The notes beneath the pieces were generated by a model. That model made no database searches. It worked only from the letters and a program-made list of their open reading frames with translations, and was not told the DNA's origin. A program made the translations under genes and the position numbers. DNA of 12,335 bases from a candidate division WOR-3 bacterium (lineage in GTDB: Bacteria > Hydrothermota > Hydrothermia > LBFQ01 > DSFT01): NCBI GenBank assembly GCA_965649115.1, contig CBFGJN010000056.1, forward strand, positions 1 to 12,335, in the 5' to 3' direction. Shown one piece after another: positions 1-6,891 of the stretch (positions are counted from its first letter, which is position 1; every line of letters starts with the position of its first letter).

Positions 1-127
1 ATATTTTTCCCACCCACCCTATATTTAAGTCTTCGGCTTATAAATACCCGTTTAAATCTATAATTTCCTCAAAGCTTTTATAAGTTATTGATAATCAAGG
101 ATTTAACAATAATTATTGGATAAAGCA
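1..127 (+). mobile_element. MITE-like repeat, copy A (left end outside the window)
   Basis: Ends in AATAATTATTGGATAAAGCA. Positions 19-127 match 4697-4805 at 108/109 nt. Confidence 0.85.
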
Positions 128-430
128 GAACTAAAAAAATTATGATTATTTCTATGCTGTGTCTAAGAATTCTGAAATATAGATTATTTCTTATTTTGCC
201 CGCCCACCCTGAAAATAAGGCTTCGCCTTATAAATACCCATTTTTCGGCTATGGGGGGCAAAGCCCCCCTTAATGCCCCCATTATTTCAAGTATTTCAAT
301 GAATTTTTTATAAGTAATTGATTATCAATCACTTAACAATAATTATTGGACAAAGCATTATTTCTATGTCTCTCCCCCTGCCCTATCAACAAGCGTACGG
401 CTTTAAAACACTCAAAATTACTGGACGCGC
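128..430 (+). repeat. Older degenerate copy B, interrupted by copy C
   Basis: Joining 128-154 to 367-430 gives CTAAAAAAATTATGATTATTTCTATGTCTCTCCCCCTGCCCTATCAACAAGCGTACGGCTTTAAAA, colinear with 8769-8830. AATTACTGGACGCGC (416-430) resembles a decayed right end. Confidence 0.6.
155..357 (+). mobile_element. MITE-like repeat, copy C, full length (203 bp) with 9-bp target duplication
   Basis: Left end TGCTGTGTCTAAGAATT, right end AATTATTGGACAAAGCA. Flanked by TTATTTCTA at 146-154 and 358-366. Confidence 0.88.
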
Positions 431-443
431 TAATAAATTTCCC

Positions 444-455
444 CTTTAAAATTTT
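444..455 (+). promoter_or_regulatory. Putative -10-containing motif CTTTAAAATTTT before nadC
   Basis: Shared with four other unit-first genes. TAAAAT is 12 nt before the ATG at 465. Confidence 0.4.
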
Positions 456-464
456 AAACTATTT

Positions 465-1298
465 ATGCTTGAAATTGAAGATATTATAAAATATGCTTTA
501 TTAGAAGATAGCTTTTATGGAGATTTAACAACGGAAATTTTAAATATAAATGGAAATGGTGAATTTTTACTAATATCAAAAGAAAATTTTGTCCTTTGCG
601 GAATTGATATATTTGAGAAAGTCTTTAAGTTTTTAAATAATTCAATTTCAATTAAGAAACTTTACAAAGATGGAGATTTTATAAATAAAAATGAGATTAT
701 AGCAATTGTTAAAGGAAGTATTAAAGATATTTTAAAAGGAGAAAGAGTTGCTTTAAATTTTATTCAAAAACTTTCAGGAATATCAACAACAACTTACTAT
801 TTTGTAAAAGAAATAGAAGGAACTGATTGTAAAATTCTTGATACAAGAAAAACAACTCCATTATATAGAAAACTTGAAAAATATGCTGTTAGAATTGGAG
901 GAGGAAACAATCATAGATTTAGTTTATTTGATGGAATTCTAATTAAAGATAATCATATAAAAGCTTTTGGTTCAATAGAAAAATTATTAGATATTGCTGT
1001 TAAAAATAAACCTTTTGGTAAGGAAATTGAAATTGAAGTTTCAAATTTAGAGGAATTAAAAATTGTACTAAATTATCCTATTGATATTGTTTTACTTGAT
1101 AATTTTAAGATTGAGGATATTAGAGAAGCAGTAAAATTGGTAAATGGAAAATGTAAAATTGAAGTTTCAGGTGGTATAAAATTAGAAAATGTTAGAGAAA
1201 TCGCTAAATTGGGTGTTGATTATATATCAATCGGAGCATTAACTCATTCTTCAAGATGGGTAGATATTTCATTAGAATTGAATAGCTTTGTTCAATAA
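465..1298 (+). CDS. nadC: Nicotinate-nucleotide pyrophosphorylase (quinolinate phosphoribosyltransferase)
   Basis: 277 aa. QPRTase motifs ERVALN, DTRKTTP, HRFSLFD, LIKDNH, EIEV, LLDN, EVSGG, ISIGALTHS. Confidence 0.96.
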   Translation: MLEIEDIIKYALLEDSFYGDLTTEILNINGNGEFLLISKENFVLCGIDIFEKVFKFLNNSISIKKLYKDGDFINKNEIIAIVKGSIKDILKGERVALNFIQKLSGISTTTYYFVKEIEGTDCKILDTRKTTPLYRKLEKYAVRIGGGNNHRFSLFDGILIKDNHIKAFGSIEKLLDIAVKNKPFGKEIEIEVSNLEELKIVLNYPIDIVLLDNFKIEDIREAVKLVNGKCKIEVSGGIKLENVREIAKLGVDYISIGALTHSSRWVDISLELNSFVQ

Positions 1299-1400
1299 AT
1301 AATGGGAGGTAGAGCCTCTATTTGACGAAATAAGGTGGCGAAGCCCCCTAATCAATATCCCCTCCCCCTATAAATTATGTTAAGTCCTTGTAGAATTAAA
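1285..1400 (+). repeat. Degenerate short copy D between the convergent nadC and hutH
   Basis: GCTTTGTTCAATAAATAAT resembles the terminal inverted repeat. It is followed by GAAATAAGG, GGCGAAGCCCCC and CCCCCTATAAA, all seen in other copies. Confidence 0.55.
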
Positions 1401-2855
1401 TTAATCTATCAACAATTTATTATTTTTTAAATGATAAATGGCACTTTCAATATCTTTATTTAAATTTCTATCTTCATCAATAGGTTTTATTTGATGGGTT
1501 TTATGATTTCTTAATTCTTCATAAATTTCCCTTAATTCTTTTGGAAGTTTTTTATAATTTTCTGTTAGGTATAAAGCTTGTAGTGAGGCAATTAGTTCAT
1601 AAGCAAAAATATAATAACATTTTTTAACATTTTCAAAAAGAGATAAACTTGAATTTGAACTAAATGAAACGACATCTTCTTGAAATTCGCTTGTAGTTAT
1701 ATTATCAATTGAGTATGGATAAAAATTCATACTGTTTAACAAGCTTGCTTGACTTACTTGAAACATCATAAGACCACTATTTAAACCAGGAGCTTTTGTT
1801 AGAAATTCATATTCCTTCAATAATTGGAATGTTCTTCTCTCCGAAAGATGACACATCTTAATTAAATTCATATTTAAAAAATCTGAAAGAAATGCAATTT
1901 CTTGACCTTGAAATAAGCCAGAAGAAATAATTTCATTATCAACAATTACTGGATTATCTGAAACACTATTTAATTCTTCATTTGTTTTTCGTTCAATAAA
2001 TTTTAAATTATCATATATGCTAGCATATATTTGTGGAAATGTTCTAAATGAATAAGGGTCTTGAATTCTATTACCTTCAAGACTTTCAGTATATTTATTT
2101 AAAATTCCTAAAATTTCATAAAGACCTTCACTTTTATTTAACTTTGATAGCTTTAAATTATAATGTTTTTTATTAGCATTAAATGCATATGCTGAAAAAA
2201 GAAAAATTGTGATAGATTGCCTAAAAATTCTAATAAATTCATTTAAACTTATTGATAAAAGCGCTTTACTAAATTCAAGTCCATTTATTAGTGAAAGTCC
2301 TTCTTTTTCCTTTAAATTTAAAGGTTCTATATTTAAAATTTTATGAGCAATAAGCGAAGGATAAAATGATTTATCTAAATATACATAACCTTCACCAATT
2401 AATGTTAGTGCCATATGGGATAAAGGAATTAAATCCCCACTTGCCCCAACCGAGCCATATTTTGGAATTACAGGATAAACTTGATTATTTAAGAAAAATA
2501 GTAATCTATCTATAACTTCGTACCTAACACCACTATAACCAAGACTTAAATTATATAACTTTAAAAACAAAATTGCCCTTGAAATTTCTCTCTCTAATTC
2601 TTCCCCAACTCCAACCGCATGGGATCTTATTAAATTTAATTGTAATTTTTCAATTTCATCAACAATTTTATAAGCTAATTTTCCAAAACCCGTATTTACA
2701 CCATATATAATTTCATTGTTTTTTATTTTTTCTTCAAGAACTGTTCTTGAATGTAAAATTCTTTGTTTTAATTTTTCAGATATTGAAATTTCTTTATTAG
2801 AATGAGCAACCTCATAAACTAAATTATGGTCAATTTTTTCATCTAATAAAATCAT
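1401..2855 (-). CDS. hutH: Histidine ammonia-lyase (MIO-dependent aromatic amino acid lyase family), divergent
   Basis: 484 aa. IYGVNTGFG, LIRSH (SH pair typical of HAL), MIO tripeptide in GSVGASGDL, KEGLSLING, QDPYSFR, QED. Start overlaps the rpsE stop (ATGA, 2852-2855). Confidence 0.85.
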   Translation of the reverse strand: MILLDEKIDHNLVYEVAHSNKEISISEKLKQRILHSRTVLEEKIKNNEIIYGVNTGFGKLAYKIVDEIEKLQLNLIRSHAVGVGEELEREISRAILFLKLYNLSLGYSGVRYEVIDRLLFFLNNQVYPVIPKYGSVGASGDLIPLSHMALTLIGEGYVYLDKSFYPSLIAHKILNIEPLNLKEKEGLSLINGLEFSKALLSISLNEFIRIFRQSITIFLFSAYAFNANKKHYNLKLSKLNKSEGLYEILGILNKYTESLEGNRIQDPYSFRTFPQIYASIYDNLKFIERKTNEELNSVSDNPVIVDNEIISSGLFQGQEIAFLSDFLNMNLIKMCHLSERRTFQLLKEYEFLTKAPGLNSGLMMFQVSQASLLNSMNFYPYSIDNITTSEFQEDVVSFSSNSSLSLFENVKKCYYIFAYELIASLQALYLTENYKKLPKELREIYEELRNHKTHQIKPIDEDRNLNKDIESAIYHLKNNKLLID

Positions 2856-3316
2856 TTAGAATATCTAAATTTCAAAACATATTCTGGATCTTTAAGAGAT
2901 TCAAGGGCAAGCATAGTTGCTTTTAATAAATTGACTGGATTTGTTGATTTTCCAAGAACTTTTGTTAAAACATTCTTATAGCCTGCCATTTCAAGAATTG
3001 CTCTAACGGGTTGGCTTGCTATAATTCCTGTTCCTGGTGCGGCTGGTTTCATAAGTAATTTTATAGCACCAAATTTAATATAAACAGGGTGGGGAAGTGT
3101 CCCATTTTTTATTACTACATTTCTCAAATTCTTTCTTGCCCTCCTTACCGCTTTTGCATAAGCTTCTGGTGTTTCAGCAGCTCTACCGTGTCCTATTCCT
3201 ACTTTTCCTTGACCATCACCTACAACAACCCAAACATGCATTCTAAATGTTCTTCCACCAGCCCTCATTTTTGCTGTTCTTTTTATAACTACAACAGTTT
3301 CTCTTAAACTTTCCAT
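2852..3316 (-). CDS. rpsE: 30S ribosomal protein S5 (uS5)
   Basis: 154 aa. KRTAKMRAGGRTF, VVVGDGQGKVGIGHG, TLPHPV, LMKPAAPGTGIIA, VRAILEMAG, STNPVNLLKAT. Strong SD upstream. Confidence 0.93.
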   Translation of the reverse strand: MESLRETVVVIKRTAKMRAGGRTFRMHVWVVVGDGQGKVGIGHGRAAETPEAYAKAVRRARKNLRNVVIKNGTLPHPVYIKFGAIKLLMKPAAPGTGIIASQPVRAILEMAGYKNVLTKVLGKSTNPVNLLKATMLALESLKDPEYVLKFRYSK

Positions 3317-3319
3317 TTT

Positions 3320-4633
3320 TTATCCTCCTATTTTTGAAAATTTTAAAGTATCAAGAATCCAATAAATTATTGTTCTAACACCAAAACCTGTTGCTCCAAT
3401 TTCATTATTATAAGCTACACCAGCAATATCAATATGAGCCCACTTATTAGGTTCTTCTACAAATTCCCTTAAAAATAATGCTGCAAAAATTGCTCCACCC
3501 CACCTGTCTCCTGTATTCTTTATATCAGCAACTTTACTTTTTAGTTTTTGGGCAATTTTTTCATCTAAGGGCATTAACCAATAATTTTCATCTGCTAAAC
3601 TTCCATAGTATTCAATTTTTTTATATAAATCAAAATTTGGTGTAAAAACACCTGCTCTGTATTCTCCAAGAGCAACAACAATAGCACCCGTTAATGTTGC
3701 AAAATCTATAATATAATCTAAGTGTTTATAATGCTTTGAGATATATGATAAAACATCAGCAAGTGTTAATCTTCCTTCTGCATCAGTGTTAAGAATTTCT
3801 ATTGTTTTACCATTATATGCTTTTACAACATCACCTGGTTTCATAGCTTTACCAGAAGGCATATTCTCGCATGTAGCAAAGAATCCATGAATTTCAATAT
3901 CTTTTAGCTTTAATTTTCCAATTATATCAAATACTCCAAGAACAGTTCCTGCACCTGCCATGTCAATTTTCATATCTAACATCCCTTCATAAGTTTTTAT
4001 ATTCAATCCTCCACTATCAAATGTTAATGCTTTACCAACAATAGCAATTTTTAATTTTGGATTACCACTTTTATAACTAAGATGAACGAAATATGGTTCT
4101 TTATCAGAACCACTTGCAACCGCTAGAAAGGCATTAAAACCCATCTTTTCAAGCTCTTTTCTGTCAAAAACCTCAATTTCAAAATTGTAATTTTTGGCAA
4201 TTTTTTCAGCTTCTAACTTTAATGTTTCGGGATATATTTTATTTGGAGGTTCATTAACAAGGTCCCTAGTATAATTAACACCTTCTGAAATGATTTTTGC
4301 TAAATTATTATCATCAATCTTTGAAATTATGAAATAATTAACATCAAAAGTGTTAATTTTTGACTTATACTTATCAAATGAATAGTGTTGATAATAAAGT
4401 TCTTCAATAGCAAATGTTAAATTCTCATCATCTTTGAGACTTAAGAGAACATTCTTAAACTTAAAATCTTTAACAATTTTTGAAACTTTTCTTATATAAT
4501 CACGAACATTCGTCCATTTTATAAGAAATGTTTTTGGTTCAACGAACAAGAAATCATTTTCAATATCCGAAGGCTCAAAAATAGCATTATATTCAATATC
4601 TTCCTTCTCTTTTAAAATTTTTACATTAATCAT
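3320..4633 (-). CDS. pepA: Leucyl aminopeptidase (M17 family)
   Basis: Motifs VGKALTFDSGG, MKIDMAGA, NTDAEGRL, ATLTGA, WAHIDIAG. ATG at 4633 is preferred over the track's TTG at 4654, which abuts a repeat target duplication. Confidence 0.93.
   Translation of the reverse strand: MINVKILKEKEDIEYNAIFEPSDIENDFLFVEPKTFLIKWTNVRDYIRKVSKIVKDFKFKNVLLSLKDDENLTFAIEELYYQHYSFDKYKSKINTFDVNYFIISKIDDNNLAKIISEGVNYTRDLVNEPPNKIYPETLKLEAEKIAKNYNFEIEVFDRKELEKMGFNAFLAVASGSDKEPYFVHLSYKSGNPKLKIAIVGKALTFDSGGLNIKTYEGMLDMKIDMAGAGTVLGVFDIIGKLKLKDIEIHGFFATCENMPSGKAMKPGDVVKAYNGKTIEILNTDAEGRLTLADVLSYISKHYKHLDYIIDFATLTGAIVVALGEYRAGVFTPNFDLYKKIEYYGSLADENYWLMPLDEKIAQKLKSKVADIKNTGDRWGGAIFAALFLREFVEEPNKWAHIDIAGVAYNNEIGATGFGVRTIIYWILDTLKFSKIGG
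3323..3329 (-). promoter_or_regulatory. Shine-Dalgarno site of rpsE (AGGAGGA)
   Basis: AGGAGGA lies in the last pepA codons, 6 nt before the rpsE ATG at 3316. Confidence 0.8.
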
Positions 4634-4637
4634 ACCC

Positions 4638-4649
4638 AAAAGTTTAAAG
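4638..4649 (-). promoter_or_regulatory. Putative -10 motif CTTTAAACTTTT before pepA
   Basis: TAAACT is 7 nt before the ATG at 4633; no SD. Confidence 0.5.
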
Positions 4650-4661
4650 TTCAAAGTGAAG

Positions 4662-4805
4662 TGCTTTGTCTAGTAATTCTAAAAATATGATTATTTCTAT
4701 ATTTAAGTCTTCGGCTTATAAATACCCGTTTAAATCTATAATTTCCTCAAAGCTTTTATAAGTTATTGATAATCAAGGATTTAACAATAATTATTGGACA
4801 AAGCA
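4662..4805 (+). mobile_element. MITE-like repeat, copy E (144 bp) with 8-bp target duplication
   Basis: TGCTTTGTCTAGTAATT ... AATTATTGGACAAAGCA (15/17 inverted match). AAGTGAAG at 4654-4661 and 4806-4813. Confidence 0.9.
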
Positions 4806-4813
4806 AAGTGAAG

Positions 4814-4955
4814 TGGTTTGTCTAGTAATTCTGAAATATAGATTATTTCTTATTTTCTCCCATCCACCCTACGAAATAAGCCTTCGTCTTTATAATGCCC
4901 ATTTTTAAACCTCCAAAAAATAAATTGACTATAAATCCCCCTATAAAAGCGATAG
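4814..4955 (+). repeat. Copy F: left end and core, right end missing
   Basis: TGGTTTGTCTAGTAATTCTGAAATATAGATTATTTCTTATTTT, then CCCATCCACCCT, AAGCCTTCGTCTT and CCCCCTATAAAA. Right boundary approximate. Confidence 0.78.
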
Positions 4956-4993
4956 TTCTAATAGACTTTATTTTTATACCTTGGGGGTTCATT

Positions 4994-5701
4994 TTATTTG
5001 AAAAAGCAATTTCCATTTATTGTTAAATAAGCAAAATAATTAAAAATTTCATCATTTGAAACCTTCAAAAATTTTTCAATTTCTTTTAATGAACTATCTC
5101 TCATTTCATTTAAGGCATAACAAGAAATGTACCTTATTGAAAATAAGCTATCTTTAAGGTGTGGAATAATGTAAGGAATTGAAGGATAGTACTTTAATTT
5201 TCCAAGTGATTGTATTGCTCTAAATCGTACAATTTCATCTTCATTATCAACATATTCAAGTAAGTACTTCCCATAATTACTATCATTTGAGTTTCCTATT
5301 GCTCTTATAATAGAAGCTAAAATATGAGGTCTATCATCATATCTACTTAATAACTGCCACAAGACATCTGTAATTTCTTTAACTTTCCATTCATTTATCA
5401 AGTACAAAGCATCTTTAACTTTTAAGGTATCATTTGAGAGTAAAACAAATTTCAAATAAGGAATTGTTCTTTGATAATTGTCCATAAACATATCTCTAAT
5501 AGCTCTAAGAGAAAATCTATCTCTTTTACCAATTTTATTATTAAATAGCCAAGAAACAACTTGCGGGCATTTTTTTAAACTATCTCTTGCAATATCAACT
5601 TTTTTTACATTTTCACCTGCTCTCCATAAACTTGCTGTTTTCCACAATCTCTCCATCAAACTATCAGAACAAGATATAAATAAAATTATCATGTTGTCCA
5701 T
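4994..5701 (-). CDS. HEAT-repeat (PBS lyase HEAT-like) protein, function unknown
   Basis: 235 aa with tandem HEAT-like units (LASIIRAIGNS; LLEYVDNEDEIVRFRAIQSLGKL; IIPHLKDSLFSIRYISCYALNEM). Overlaps the end of the PFK gene; alternative ATG at 5692. Confidence 0.72.
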   Translation of the reverse strand: MDNMIILFISCSDSLMERLWKTASLWRAGENVKKVDIARDSLKKCPQVVSWLFNNKIGKRDRFSLRAIRDMFMDNYQRTIPYLKFVLLSNDTLKVKDALYLINEWKVKEITDVLWQLLSRYDDRPHILASIIRAIGNSNDSNYGKYLLEYVDNEDEIVRFRAIQSLGKLKYYPSIPYIIPHLKDSLFSIRYISCYALNEMRDSSLKEIEKFLKVSNDEIFNYFAYLTINGNCFFK

Positions 5702-6891
5702 TTAAAGTTTTTTATAAATTCTTCTTTTTCCATTTTTGCAACTTCACAAAGCTTTAAAAGAAATTCTTCATTTTCAAAATCTTCCTTTCTAAGTCTAATC
5801 ATATAATGATAAGCAGCTTCATATACCTCACCTTTCAAATCAACATATCTTATTTTAATTTTGTCATTTTCTACAAATTCATTTATATCAACTGGCTCTA
5901 TCTTTTCTCCTCTTAATGTAATCACAGCACAATGGATGCTATTATTAGATAACAAAAATTTTACTGCCCCATATCCAAGGGTTATTGTATATGCGATATC
6001 AAAAGCAATTGGTTTAGCATTTCTCAAAACATATCCAATATTTTGCGGAATAATTCTTATATTTATATTTCTTTTTTTAAGCCTATTTTCAACTTCATTT
6101 GCAAGTAATTCAGCAAGAGGAAATTCAGAAATTGAATGATAATGCTCCAAACTGAAATTTTCTAATTTCAAGGATAATCCTTCTGCCAAAATAGCAACAC
6201 CATAAGGTTTATTATATGCTAAACGCTTAATAATTGAACCTTCCAAAATATCTACTAAAAGTTTTAAAGGAATTTTTTCATAATTTTGAAATTCTTCTGG
6301 AATAATTGTTAAAGTTGCTCCTGAACTTTTACCAATACCGATTGCTAAATGTCCTGAACTTCTACCCATAACTTGAACAAAAAACCACCTTTTCAAAGTT
6401 TTTGCATCTTCCATTAGATTAAGAACAAGTTCCATACCAAGATTTCTTGCAGTTTCAAAGCCAAATGTCCTACTACTTGGAGGAAGAGGAAAATCATTAT
6501 CAATTGTTTTTGGAATGTGGGCAAACTTTATTTTTTTATCTTTATCAAGCTTTGATATTTTGTATATCATACTTGCAGTCCCATCACCTCCTATTGAAAC
6601 AAGATAACTGATACCTGAATTTACTAAACTAATGTATGTATTAAAAACTTCTTCATCACTTGAATTACCTCGTGATGTTCCTATTATTGAACCACCATAA
6701 TAATGAATTCTGCTTACATCCTCTATTTCCAAATTTTTATAAACAATTTTATTTTTACTTAGATGATGAAATCCATCTAAAAAACCTATAACTTCTAAAT
6801 TTCTATTTTTTGCTTCTATTACAACTGCTCTAATTACTGAATTTATCCCAGGAGCTGGTCCTCCTGCACAAACGATACCAAGTTTCTTCAT
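5689..6891 (-). CDS. 6-phosphofructokinase, PfkA family; PPi-PFK 'short'-clade-like scaffold with ATP-type GGDG motif
   Basis: 400 aa. GGPAPGIN, GGSIIGTSR, IGGDGT, PKTIDND, TFGFETA, VMGR, IIPEE, IGYVLR, YMIRL. Confidence 0.9.
   Translation of the reverse strand: MKKLGIVCAGGPAPGINSVIRAVVIEAKNRNLEVIGFLDGFHHLSKNKIVYKNLEIEDVSRIHYYGGSIIGTSRGNSSDEEVFNTYISLVNSGISYLVSIGGDGTASMIYKISKLDKDKKIKFAHIPKTIDNDFPLPPSSRTFGFETARNLGMELVLNLMEDAKTLKRWFFVQVMGRSSGHLAIGIGKSSGATLTIIPEEFQNYEKIPLKLLVDILEGSIIKRLAYNKPYGVAILAEGLSLKLENFSLEHYHSISEFPLAELLANEVENRLKKRNINIRIIPQNIGYVLRNAKPIAFDIAYTITLGYGAVKFLLSNNSIHCAVITLRGEKIEPVDINEFVENDKIKIRYVDLKGEVYEAAYHYMIRLRKEDFENEEFLLKLCEVAKMEKEEFIKNFKWTT

Noticed and set aside
9..20. AGGGTGGGTGGG (minus strand) as a KOPS or Chi site
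   Set aside because: It does not match GGGNAGGG or known Chi sequences; polarity alone is insufficient.
3089..3307. 72-aa + strand ORF
   Set aside because: Antisense shadow of rpsE with no recognisable motifs.
4641..4672. Hybrid promoter for pepA using TAGACA in the left terminal repeat as -35
   Set aside because: The spacing to TAAACT is 20 nt, too long for a sigma70-type promoter.
5478..5705. 75-aa + strand ORF
   Set aside because: Antisense shadow of the HEAT-repeat gene.
5861..6139. 92-aa + strand ORF
   Set aside because: Antisense shadow of the PFK gene.
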